NCBI RefSeq assembly: GCF_001194135.2
Contig: NC_069001.1
Coordinates: 26,042,931-26,106,930, forward strand
Direction of reading: 5' to 3'
Length of the DNA: 64,000 bases
Origin: Octopus bimaculoides
Taxonomy: Eukaryota
Shown here: positions 38,761-51,740 of the stretch, piece after piece
How positions within the stretch are numbered: position 1 is the stretch's first letter
Layout: each line of letters starts with the position of its first letter
Made by a program: the position numbers and the translations under genes
Notes under the pieces: generated by a model
Database searches by the model: none
What the model was told of the DNA's origin: nothing
What the model saw: the letters and a program-made list of their open reading frames with translations, nothing else

Positions 38761-40281
38761 GCTCTTCAGCTATTATTCCATTATACTTTCATAAACCAAA
38801 CTGAAATATTGACTATTGCCAACGTTATTGTTGTTGTTGTTGTTATTATTAGTAGTAGTAGTATTTGCATTGATTCCGTTTCCCTTCGCTCTACATTGGA
38901 CATAAGGCACTGTGTCCGGTTTCATTGCTCAGTATCCTTACGTATTACGTATCATATTTGATATCATTCTAACTCTTATGATAAATTCTCTGGCGAATCA
39001 TTTTTTTATTTCTCAGATATATTGGATGTATTTGGTATACTTTACCTCACAAATGTTACTTGTTTTACTAGGAAAAAATATCGCATTTTATACTTGAAAA
39101 CTGTTCTTCTGTTATGTTTTAGATTAATGGCAAAATACTTTGAGTACGGAAAGAATTTTCCGTGGGTTAGTATGTGTAAGAGATAGAATTGGTATGGCAT
39201 TGAATTAAGTATAATTGGGTTTTGTGTGTCCACATATCATGCTGTCCCTTGGCGCTGGATGTCATTTTTAGTATAGAAAAATACATGAGTCCATGCATCA
39301 TGTAATATCACACGCACACACATATATGCATATATGTACATTTATATGATGTGTGTGCGTATGTGTATTCACGTGTACGAGCGTTATGATTCTAAATGTG
39401 CACACATACTCACAAAACATAAACACAAAAACAAGAATATATATGCATATATATTATTGGTTTTATTTATCATGAGTTTATATACACGGACGTATATATA
39501 TATATATATTTAGCCACAAAAGGGAAGAGAATTTCGATTATTCCCATGTGGTGAGTTGTAATCCCCCAAAATTTAAAAATAAAATAAAGAAGAAAAATGC
39601 ACATAGTGTTCATAGTTTTCATGGTTTTAACACACACACACACACACATATATGTATATTATTGCAAGTATATGTAAATATGTAAGTATATAAATATATG
39701 TATGCATGCACACACAAAGAATACGTAATATAAGTTTGTGTATATGCGTGTATTTTCGCACACACACGTTTGTGCGCGTTCTATTTAGGGCTAATATGTG
39801 TGAGTGTTTGTGTGTGCTTGTGTGAATGTGTGTGTGTGTACTGGCAAAAATACTACAAGAAATTACACGACTAAGCCTGTTAACTAATGGAATCATTGAA
39901 ATTATTCACAAAGAACGTGACAATTTATTAGACATTGTGTAGTTGACAATTGAAATAGCACGAAGTTAGGAAAAACGTCCGTTGTACGACAACTAAGAGC
40001 AGTCTCTTTAATTGCTCTCTTGTATATGTTGCGTAATTATCTCACCTTAGTTCACTCTCTAGTCGGAGATACAATATTCAATATAACATCGCCATATTCA
40101 ATAATTTTCCGACTTAGGTACTGTATTGTGTAGTAGTTACCATTTTTTCTTTCCTTGGCTCTCTTTCTCCTTTCTCCCGTCAATGTCCGTTCTAATTATG
40201 TGATGATATATATATNNNNNNNNNNNNNNNNNNNNNNNNNNNNNNNNNNNNNNNNNNNNNNNNNNNNNNNNNNNNNNNNNN

Positions 40282-40313
<32 letters not shown>

Positions 40314-41580
40314 TTGCCGCAGGTATATCTGCTAGTCAGAACGTAAATGTCGTTGAATATGATAGTTCTTCCTCTTGATATTCCTGAATGGCATATAATG
40401 CGGATGTATATATATTATCTGTATCCACTTATATAATATGTATATATCTGAGTGTGTGTGTGTGTGTGTACGCATGTGTGTTACGTGTCTATGCGCGCGC
40501 GTGTGTGTTCATATACTTATATTGAAATATTTAACCTTATGAAAAGTGAAGGACGGGAAATTGTTTTGGGACGCTATGAGGCATTATGCATTTATTCTCT
40601 TGTTGTAAGAACTTTATGGAAGACCATTACGGAATTCTTTTCACAAAGTTTCTCATCTTATCTAAAGAAGCAATTACTACAATAGCTTTCTTTTCTCATC
40701 TTCTTTTTCAACTATTATTATTTCTAATATTATTATTTTTATCATTATTATTATTATTATTATTTTGTTCCATCAATGTTCTCCAGCAAGAAAAATGTAA
40801 TTTCCTTCCCATAAATATCTCTGGTAAATTCCTTACCATTGAATAAATATCTTAAGGCCAATCCAAAGATACTTCGCTACTTCTGAATAGTAGAAGAAAA
40901 AAAAAAAAACACATAATGCATTCTGACTGTCGGAATTTCAAATTTGACCTGACAGTTGTAGACTTCTAATGGTAGACTCAGCAGTGATTATATTCTACAC
41001 GTGTATGACATGTGTGCTTCACGTTTTAAATTATTACTTGTTAATAGTCTGACAGGAGTCTGTCTAAGGTTTACAGTGGCATGTGACGTATATCATTGGA
41101 AAGCAGTTCGCTTTGAACCGTTGTTCGTTTTCCCGGCGTCACTAACAAATATTAGAGTAAATAAAGCGAATCCACTAACGTTTGCTATGTATGTTGTTAT
41201 TGTGATTGCAGTTGTGATGGTGCTATTGGTAGTGGGAAATCTTATTTTTGTTTCGTTTCTAGTCAGCTCTAAAACATCAAACTTATTAATAAAATCCATT
41301 TAGGATACGACTGTTACGCCGAATTTTCCTATTAATTTACAAACACATTGCAGAAATAGCAACATCTAATTTGTTTTTATTTACTCCAGGTGTTATACGA
41401 TGGAGATGTGGTTGCTATTTCTACCAGATGAGGGGAGAGAGAGAGATGACATTACTCAATGAGAAAGAATTACTCTTCAAAAACTATGATGAAACTTGGT
41501 CCCATATATTAGCACTTTGGATATGTATGCTCATCTTCTTGTTAATTTGTAGTTACCACAATATAGTAATCAATCGATAA

Positions 41581-41613
<33 letters not shown>

Positions 41614-41688
41614 CCCATCTACGCATGCATGCATATGTATGTTTGTATGTACGTATGTATATGTGCATGTATGTATATATATGCATGA

Positions 41689-41754
<66 letters not shown>

Positions 41755-41757
<3 letters not shown>

Positions 41758-42214
41758 AAAACAGAAAATTGAGGTAAAATTGATGAATAACAATTGATTT
41801 ACACCAATCATCATTTATTAATTAATTACAAAATGACAGAATCTCATGCATCCCCCACCCCGTATATACGAATGTACCACTAAATATAACTACCCTAATT
41901 CTCTTTCTAGTCGGTCGAATGTTTCCCAGTGGGACAGCATGTTGTACGAATTGATTACCACTGTTTTCTCACATTCTACATTTTCTAATAGTTTTATTAA
42001 CTTTTCCGCTCTGATGAAGTTGCGCGATTCAAATTCGTGTAATTAATTACTTACAATGATAACTATTAATTTTATTGTGATGGTTAAGCCTGGAAATCGC
42101 GCTAACCGAAACTTTTGTAAGTAGAGATTCTGTCTTTCTGTAATTAATTAATAAATGATGGCTAGTGTAAATCAATTGTTATTAATCAATTTTGTCTCTA
42201 TTTTCTGTTTTCCT
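41755..42214 (+). mobile_element. 460-bp element with 91-bp inverted terminal segments and an internal hammerhead-like motif
   Basis: 41755-41845 is the reverse complement of 42124-42214 with 9 mismatches. The HHR-like motif ends at 42123. The left end abuts a long (TA)n. Confidence 0.7.
42008..42127 (+). ncRNA. Degenerate hammerhead-like motif with long stem II
   Basis: CUGAUGA (42011-17), stem II gttgcgcgatt/aatcgcgctaac, GAAA (42108-11), stem III ACUU-uugu-AAGU, and GUA triplet ending at 42123. Position 10.1 is mismatched and stem I is weak. Confidence 0.5.
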
Positions 42215-42366
42215 TGAATATTGATACACTATCGTTTATTCTAGTCTTTACTTATCGTTTATGAGAATTAATTCCAATGCACATGATCAAATATAGGTAA
42301 TGCACTGGTTTATTCATTGGATACAATCATCCATTAGATGGTTGTTATAACCTCTAACTTTACTCA

Positions 42367-42428
<62 letters not shown>

Positions 42429-42462
42429 AGCGCACACACACATACATATATAATCTCCACAT

Positions 42463-44290
42463 GGTTTATGCCAAAGGCTGGGGCCGCATTGCAGTGTTGT
42501 TAGGGTGTCCTCTCTGCAGTGTTCTTGGTGAAGAAATGAGCTGGATGGAGCTGCTCTTATTTGTGCCTCCTGCTACAATGTGGTTTCATCTCAGATTTCA
42601 GACAGATACGTGTCCTGGTGCTTTTTGAAGATTTCCACATCCCAACCTCACAATTCTCTGGCAGGATGTTAAACAGTTATAGTTACCTGAAGCCAAAGCT
42701 GTTGTAGTAGTGTGCCCTTATCCGAAATGAAAAAGAGGGGGTCTTGGTATTATACAGTATCGACAAGTTCGGTGGTTAGTATAGCATTTAATTCCAAAGT
42801 TAGAAGCTAGACCTTCCAGTATCTTCCATAGGTATATCACTGTGTATATTCCTCTCCGTTTCTCCAATGAGTAGAGCTTCAGTTCTTGTAGCCTCTCCCT
42901 GTTGCTCGTCTGTTTCACCAAATCAGTCTTCTGTGTGTCATGGCATTGTATTACCCCATGTCCCCCAACCAGTTTCACGCTGTGAGGTAACCACAGTCGG
43001 GAGCAGTAATCCAGACAATTGAGGAAAAACGTCCTCCTCGGGAGTAGCAAGGTTATCTTATTTCTGATTCTGAATGATCTAAGAATCCATTCAGCTACTC
43101 GATTCTACAGTGTTGCCGTCTTGATAATATGCACACTGAATGTTGCATCATTACTCCTGTGGATTCCAAGACCACGCTCCGATTCAAACCCTGAGATTGC
43201 ACTCTGGTCCTATATATTCCGTTTGTAGTTTTGTTTGTGGGCCGATAGTGAAGTGCTTGTACGTTACCAGCATCGAATAGCATGTTATATTCATTTGCAC
43301 ATTTGTATATTGCATGCAGGTCATTTTGCAGTTTTAGTATGCCAGCGAGAGTGGCTGACTGTATGGCATATCATCCCATTGTCAACTTTATCAAAGGCTT
43401 AGTAAAGTCGAGAAATATCTCATCCAGATTTGAGTGGTTGATCTGCTGTTTCAGTATCCAGTCGAAATATTGTTGTTTGTATGGTAGGGCAAGTTATTCT
43501 CTTTTAGAAACGTGCTTCTGAAAAAAGCATTCCATGTCCTTGCTGACATGTGAAACTAGAGACATAGGACTGCAACTTTTAGTATCTGTTCTGCTTCCTG
43601 CTATATGGGCAGGGCATATGATATTATCGTACGACAGACTGCGAAGTTTTCCACATGCAATGAAACTCTGGCAAAGTATCTGCAGTGGTTTCGCAAGAGA
43701 TGTCTTGTATGGTTTTAAAAGAACCGCCATAAATCCATCCGGGTGCGTTGCTAAGTTTGAGCTCGTCTTATTAATGGCCTATATTACATCTCCCACATTT
43801 ATGCCGATGTAATCGATGGTTGCCTTTTTCCTTTGTAGATCTGCAGTTTTGATAACCTTCTTAGGCTTGCTTGTTTACATGCTTCGCAGTGGAGAAGAGA
43901 AGACGCTCTGGAATTGTTTATTTAATGCAGCATTAATCCTTTTGGGGTTTGCAGTCTTATTCACATTTTGGTGCACCAAGGCAGACTCTTTCGCTAACAT
44001 AGAGAAGACTTTAGGATTTATTCCGATATTTTCGTTTTTATGGGAAAGTTTAACTTTATTTTTTATATCTAAAAGTGTCTCCTTGAGGCGGGGATTTCTC
44101 ACTGTCCTTAAGTTGTTTACTTAAGCGATTAGAGATCTTATATTCTCAGTTACATAGGGACTCTCCTGCCACTGGGAATGATGTTTTTTTGTATGTAATT
44201 GCTCTCTTCTCTGGGACAAATTTAATGCATATCACATTGAAGACGATACTCCAGCATTACCGTAGTCATATAAGGATAAATATCTTTATA
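42463..44290 (-). mobile_element. CR1/L2-like LINE, RT region to 3' end, with internal deletions
   Basis: NPKVFSMLAKE..NKQFQSVFSSPL, LLKPYKTSLAKPLQIL..SPMSLVSHVSKDME, LDYCSRLWLPHSVKL..ERLQELKLYSLEKRR..YLWKILEGL, LFNILPEN. Confidence 0.9.
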
Positions 44291-44309
44291 CAAGCATATA
44301 TCTATATTA

Positions 44310-44356
<47 letters not shown>

Positions 44357-44398
44357 TCGCACATGTATATTTATCTAAACATGTATCCCTCCCCCTCC

Positions 44399-44448
<50 letters not shown>

Positions 44449-45256
44449 ATATATTTATATATATCTATATATAAAATGTATGTATGTGTGAATACAAACA
44501 TACGGACACACATGTAAGATGTAAGCGAGTCATATAATTGTGTCGTGTGATGTTTGTTATATATGGTGTAGCCCTATAACTGCCTTGGCGAAAGATTGTC
44601 GTATATGTTTTCTTTGACTGCGTATATATTTGACTGAAAATCCGGAAATGTGCCATTTCGTATGTAATACACTAAAGTGTTTTTCAATCCTTTAGCGATT
44701 TATGAAGCTATTGAGTGAAATGCAACGTTATGTTTAAAGAAATATAAAAGCGTGTTTTATAACTAAAACATAGCTGTCTATACTAACATGGAATCATATA
44801 CACAAGAAAATTTCCCAGTTATTTCACACTAATTTCCTTTCCTCAATAGTAAAATGATTTATCAGTCAACTGCTCGTTATGTTGTAAATAAAAGTTTATG
44901 GTACACCCACGAATTAACAAATCCTAAAATCTTCTCCGGAAAGTTGCTTGTATAGCACCTATATATGCATCATTCTGTGTTGTTATATCGTGTATATATA
45001 TATGTATATATATATATATATATATTTATTCAGTTTCTTAAATATTTTTCTTCATGTAACAGAACCACAGTCCGAAACATAAAACGTTCGAAAATTCTTT
45101 CCTTCCAGCGTGAAAGATATATAACTTTGTATTTCCGTTTTTTGATTTTTACCCAGAGGCATTTCTGTTTACAACTATACCTATACAAATGTGTATATAT
45201 ATATATATATATATATNNNNNNNNNNNNNNNNNNNATACACACATAATGTATGTAC

Positions 45257-45299
<43 letters not shown>

Positions 45300-45544
45300 C
45301 ATACATACATACATACATGTGTGTGTGTATGTATACATGTGTATGTGTGTGTATATACGTGTGTTTGTGTATGAATATGTATGTATACACGGAAAGAGAA
45401 GAGAAATATATGTGCACATATGTCTGTGTGTATGCATATACTTGCACATAAAATGCATATGAATATGTACAAGAGTGAGTGAATGTACGTACATATATAT
45501 ATAATTATACAAACAGATATACACACACAAAAACACATATACGT

Positions 45545-45609
<65 letters not shown>

Positions 45610-46895
45610 NNNNNNNNNNNNNNNNNNNNNNNNNNNNNNNNNNNNNNNNNNNNNNNNNNNNNNNNNNNNNNNNNNNNNNNNNNNNNNNNNNNNNNNNNNN
45701 NNNNNNNNNNNNNNNNNNNNNNNNNNNNNNNNNNNNNNNNNNNNNNNNNNNNNNNNNNNNNNNNNNNNNNNNNNNNNNNNNNNNNNNNNNNNNNNNNNNN
45801 NNNNNNNNNNNNNNNNNNNNNNNNNNNNNNNNNNNNNNNNNNNNNNNNNNNNNNNNNNNNNNNNNNNNNNNNNNNNNNNNNNNNNNNNNNNNNNNNNNNN
45901 NNNNNNNNNNNNNNNNNNNNNNNNNNNNNNNNNNNNNNNNNNNNNNNNNNNNNNNNNNNNNNNNNNNNNNNNNNNNNNNNNNNNNNNNNNNNNNNNNNNN
46001 NNNNNNNNNNNNNNNNNNNNNNNNNNNNNNNNNNNNNNNNNNNNNNNNNNNNNNNNNNNNNNNNNNNNNNNNNNNNNNNNNNNNNNNNNNNNNNNNNNNN
46101 NNNNNNNNNNNNNNNNNNNNNNNNNNNNNNNNNNNNNNNNNNNNNNNNNNNNNNNNNNNNNNNNNNNNNNNNNNNNNNNNNNNNNNNNNNNNNNNNNNNN
46201 NNNNNNNNNNNNNNNNNNNNNNNNNNNNNNNNNNNNNNNNNNNNNNNNNNNNNNNNNNNNNNNNNNNNNNNNNNNNNNNNNNNNNNNNNNNNNNNNNNNN
46301 NNNNNNNNNNNNNNNNNNNNNNNNNNNNNNNNNNNNNNNNNNNNNNNNNNNNNNNNNNNNNNNNNNNNNNNNNNNNNNNNNNNNNNNNNNNNNNNNNNNN
46401 NNNNNNNNNNNNNNNNNNNNNNNNNNNNNNNNNNNNNNNNNNNNNNNNNNNNNNNNNNNNNNNNNNNNNNNNNNNNNNNNNNNNNNNNNNNNNNNNNNNN
46501 NNNNNNNNNNNNNNNNNNNNNNNNNNNNNNNNNNNNNNNNNNNNNNNNNNNNNNNNNNNNATATATATATATATATATATAGATAGATATGTGTGTGTAA
46601 GCATGTACCAATGTACGCATGTATAAAATGTAAATACGTATATATACAATTGTGTGTGCAATTTTGTGTATGTCTCTATAAGCGTCTGAAATCTGCATAC
46701 AGCTTATGCATGAATTATGTATGAATGTTTATTGCTGAGCTGTTAAGTAAGAAGAACACGTGATTTCGTGTTCAATCCTGCCGCACGAACACAGAACATG
46801 GACAAGGGGTTTGTGATCAGAATATTGTCGATAGACAGGCAGCAGTTTGTGGACTCCTGTGGTATGTCTATGTGATAGGGCAAGTGTGTGCATAA

Positions 46896-46972
<77 letters not shown>

Positions 46973-48775
46973 GCGTATGTTCAAATGTAATATAGAAACA
47001 TGAATATAATTACACACGAACATATATATGCATATATATGAGCCTTTGTGTGTCTGTGTATATGTACATATGCATAACTGTAACAGTTAAATAGTAAAGT
47101 GACGGAATGAGAATGTGCGAATAAGAATAATCGTTTCTTTTATATTAAACAATAAGCATAAATTTTAATCATTGCGCAAAATTGAGAATGCCGCATACTA
47201 CATGAAAGTTGTTGTAACTGTTCTGCTCATGACAAAATCTTACCCACTTCTTTTTAAAATCAGACTGCAACAAGGACGTTAAATGACTGAATATATCATG
47301 TAAGTTTCAGGAGAAACATTTAAGTCCACATCTTATATAAATCAAGAAACCTGTATTTGCTGGTGTTTACGTAGAATGTAAATCAAAATATGTTTTTAAA
47401 GAACACCCAAAGTTTCTACGAGACATAACGGATACGGAATCAATTGGAGCTATATGAGTGTTCATAAATTCATAAGTAAGATAACACGTGTTTTGTATAA
47501 CATAAATGGCACTAATGTTATATAATATAGTTACTTATAGCCTCTACATATAATTCCCCACAAAAATAGATGATTAAGAATACGAGGTTCTCTTTCGGGA
47601 CATCAGAATGCTGAATGAATAAGAAGATGACATGAACATCTCACCGACCAAATTGGTCACTGGCGTTTGAGATATAAATTTTGGGAGTAAAGTTTCATTC
47701 ATACTACCAAATGTCTAAGTTGTACAATATAATACCTCCGGGTCTCGGTCCTGAAGTGAAGGTCGTGATGGTCTAGAAAGACATATGGTAGATTGAAGTA
47801 TTTTCTGTTTAGAATAATATTTAATGAATTCACACAGTTATTTGAACATAAGATCTCGATTAAAGAATAAGACAAGAAACATTTGTGTTTGAATGCAACG
47901 CATAGTGTTTCCTTTTATTTTAGAATTTTAGAAATAAACGATCTATATATATATATATACNNNNNNNNNNNNNNNNNNNNNNNNNNNNNNNNNNNNNNNN
48001 NNNNNNNNNNNNNNNNNNNNNNNNNNNNNNNNNNNNNNNNNNNNNNNNNNNNNNNNNNNNNNNNNNNATATATATATATATATATATACAGAATGTGAGA
48101 CAGAGAGGAAGAGAAAGACAATCACATAGATAAATAGATAGATAGATGTGTGTATAAAGTTTCATTGCTGTACACAGAAAAAAAAGTGGTCGCAGATGAA
48201 TTAATCACGTAGATATATAAAATTGAAGAATGAAGGATAAACAGGGCGACTGACAGACGAACAGACATTTAAACTGCCAGAAATAAAGATTCACAGACAT
48301 GGTGTATAGAGAGGGAGACATACAAACACGCGAAGAGAATAATAGCGTGAGATTTATTGAGATAATTTGATGGCTATATATATATTTATACATGTTTATG
48401 ATGAAACTTGAATCTTAACATGTCTGACAATAACTGAGTGTGAAATAATAGCTTAATCACAAGCAATTGAATTTCCAGTTGGTTGTTCTTCCTGTTATTC
48501 ATTTTGGTTTATTACCATCATTATCATCATCATTTGGTGTAGACACAAGCAACAGCTCGTGCACGTGACAACGAAGTATCCCTCGGTAGATCGATAGAGT
48601 TGCTCGTTATAATAGCCAAACCTCCTTCAAATGTTAATTTTTCAATGTAATATTTGAAATACTTTAGCTAATATCTTGTCTTATTTAGATACAAAGCTAA
48701 CAATTTGATATGAGATGATGAAGTAGGCCGTTCACATCACGGTCAGCACTTATTTCCTCGACCTCGAAATAATCG

Positions 48776-48965
48776 TTTCTACCCTAGACACAGGGCCCAA
48801 AATTTTTGGGGAGAGGGAAGTCGATTAGATGGATCCCAGTACCCAACTGGTGCCTAATTTATCGACCCCGAAAGGATGAAAGGCAAAGTCGACCTCGGCG
48901 GAATTTCAACTCAGGACGTAAAGGCAGACGAAATACCGCTATACATTTCGCCCGGCGTGCTAACG
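48776..48965 (-). mobile_element. SINE family A, tail type 1
   Basis: Near-consensus body gaaaggatgaaaggcaaagtcgacctcggcggaatttcaactcag. Confidence 0.9.
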
Positions 48966-49155
48966 TTTATCTCTTTATTACCCACAAGGGGCTACACACA
49001 GAGTGGACAAACAAGCACAGACAAGCGGATTAAATCGATTAGATCAACCCCACTACCTAACGGGTACTTCATTTAACGACCCTGAAAGGATGAAAGACAA
49101 AGTCGACCCCCGCGGCATTTGAACTCAGAACGTAACGGCAGACGAAATACCGCTA
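48966..49155 (-). mobile_element. SINE family A, alternative tail (type 2)
   Basis: Same body as the other copies, but the tail is ttaatccgcttgtctgtgcttgtttgtccactctgtgtgtagccccttgtgggtaataaagag. Confidence 0.85.
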
Positions 49156-49599
49156 AATCCTGGGAATGAGCTCCAACTGCAGCTGGTATTACACACGCGT
49201 GATGATCCTCCACGTTATCAAACCCCGCAGTTCCAATACACTTTATGTCACATTCCGCCGTATCCCTTAACAGTTCGTCGCTAAGCAACACGTAAATCCT
49301 ACACTCTTTTCACTTGAGGGAGGGGTTTTGGGTTTCTTTGTGTATGTTTGCCCCTTGGTTTTGTGTTGGATGGGAATGGAGAGGCTTAGTGTCTGCAGGG
49401 AGTGGGTGGGTCTGAGAGGATGTGTGTGGGATGGGTGCTAAATGGGGTTTACAGTTTAATTCACTTGCCTTTTTTCTTTTTCTTTTTGTCACGTTTTCCC
49501 ATTCATTTTTCTCTCATTCCGCTACTTCCCATTCTTTATCGGTTACTTCCTTTCTGTAGCTGTCTTCTATCTCCTCTTCCGTATCCTCTGGTTGCTTGG

Positions 49600-49765
49600 T
49601 CACTTACCACTCCGGAGCGAGAGCAGAACTCTTGGTCCTTTTAACCGAGTTTCAGTAGCAACAATGACATCTAAACCTTGTGTCTTGACGTCATTTAGGA
49701 AACGTCCTTGCTTCCAACTTGACGCCAGGCCACGTATATTTAAACACCCGGGGAAAATCGTTACA
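49600..49765 (-). mobile_element. L1/Tx1-type APE endonuclease N-terminal fragment
   Basis: CLNIRGLASSWKQGRFLNDVKTQGLDVIVATETRL matches APE motifs (NxRG...ET). Confidence 0.7.
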
Positions 49766-50314
49766 GCTGACACTACCCCATTAATTAGAACCTGTCTAAT
49801 TAATGTTACGTAATTTCTGGGGGGTTTTTTTGCGGGTGATAACAATAAATAGAGATGTTTTACTAATTAAAACTGAAATGAAACTCCAACTGTGTTCATA
49901 TATGTGGGTGCCAAGGCAAAAAAATGAAAAAATGTAACAACCAGACCTGTTCTCCCCAACTGCCTCTTAACTATCTTCAACACTTTCTCCAATATCATGT
50001 ATGTCAATATTACCAATACCAGTAATACTTCAAGAACCAACTTTGAGGCTATTGTCGCAAATAATTGATTGTAAATACCACAAAATACACATTCTCCATG
50101 AGACTTTTAATAATACTGGGGCTTGCACCACATTTACAAACTGCTGTCCCACTTCCGAATCTCTAACACATTAGACACCACACTCTCTTACACGTACACA
50201 CACAAACACACACACACAAACAAACACACACACACACATGCACAAACGCATTAACACAACCAGCATCGCCTTACCAACACCTCCCCAGCAATAACACACT
50301 AAATCCAGCATAGG

Positions 50315-50745
50315 TACAGGTGTGGTTGCCAACCACATGATTCTTGGTTCCTTCCCACTGCGAATGTCGTCTGTATAAGCCTAAGGCCGACTAAAACCGT
50401 GTTAGTGGATTTGGTAGAGGATAAGTGAGAGAAGTCCATCGTGCATATGGCTGTGTGTGTTTGTGTGTGTGCGCGTATGTGCACGTATTTGCACGTGAGT
50501 GTGTGCGTGTACGACTGTGCGTGTTCTTGTGTGTTGGTGTCGGTGTTTGTCCCAGAACACCGCTTGACAACAGTTGTTCGTATGTTTACATTCCTGTAAC
50601 GTAGCAGTTTGGCGAAAGTTACCGGTAGAATAAGTACCAGGCTTCAAAAATATAGAAGTGTTGTAGTCAATCTATTCGGCTAAATATTCTTCAAGGCGGT
50701 GCTCCTGTATTGCCGTATCTTGTGACTGAAATAAGTAGAAGATAA
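50315..50745 (+). mobile_element. SINE family B, full length, degenerate
   Basis: aaccacatgattc..gttagtggatttggtagagg..(GT)n..aaggcggtgctcc..gtgactgaaataag. Confidence 0.85.
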
Positions 50746-50843
50746 AATATGATACACCACGTCTACTAACGCACTTACAGACCATCGGCTGCCACTGCCA
50801 ACACATCCTACCAACATCATATCTCCACCCTAGCCACAATATC

Positions 50844-51055
50844 GGTTTCAAACTTTGGCACATAGCCAGCAATTTCAGAGGAGGGTGTAAATCGATTAAA
50901 TCGATCCCAGTGACCAATTGGTACTTACTTTATCGAGCCCGAAAGAATGAACTGTAAGGTCTTCTCGGCGGAATTTTAATTCAGAGCACAAAAATGGACG
51001 AAATGCTATTTAGCATTTTTCCGAGCGTATTAACAATTCTGCCAGCTCGCTGCCC
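50844..51055 (-). mobile_element. SINE family A
   Basis: Head ggcagcgagctggcagaattgtt and tail gaaattgctggctatgtgccaaagtttgaaacc. Confidence 0.85.
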
Positions 51056-51199
51056 TAATCATAGCCAAAATATCGCTCACCATGAACTCTTACCTGCAAA
51101 AACGCTTTATACTACTAACAATACACCACAATCACAGCCCACCGCCGAAAACATCCCCTGGGCAACATTCCTCTTAACGGCAAGCAACAGCATCATACA

Positions 51200-51314
51200 G
51201 ACAAACCATCACCGACAACAAATCAAAACATCGCTACGAACGAAACACTGTCACCCACACTTCACCATCAGCAACCACTACAGCATCAGTTCACAGCCTG
51301 CTTTTCAACTCACC

Positions 51315-51350
<36 letters not shown>

Positions 51351-51740
51351 GCCATCTCACAACTGCCTACTCCTCACAACCCCGACCAACTTAATACTAC
51401 GACTACCAACGAACCATCAGTATCGTCACAAAAAACGTTGCCATCGTTACCACATAACTACATTGTCCTCTCCTCCTCATCATCAACATTGTCTTCTTCA
51501 TTACCACCACCATCATCATCATCATCACCATCGTCCTCAGCATCGTCATTGTCTTCATCGTCATCATCATCATCTCCAAGATGCCACAACCACCGTCATC
51601 ATCATCATCATCATCGCTACCATCACTACCATCATCATCATCAGCAGCAGCGGCAGCAGTAGCCGCACCACAGCCACCACGACCACCAACATGAAGAGAC
51701 GACGACCACCGCCACCACCACTACCACCGCCACCACCGCC
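51200..51740. repeat. (CAC/CAT/CAG/TAC) trinucleotide mosaic running into an N-gap
   Basis: Directly visible. Confidence 0.9.

Noticed and set aside
45030-46698. Long ORFs (367-543 aa) here and at the other N-gaps
   Set aside because: They consist of X residues from assembly gaps plus YI/CV/HT microsatellite translations.
50994-51662. 222-aa Thr/Ser/His-rich ORF
   Set aside because: It starts inside a SINE and runs through trinucleotide mosaics.
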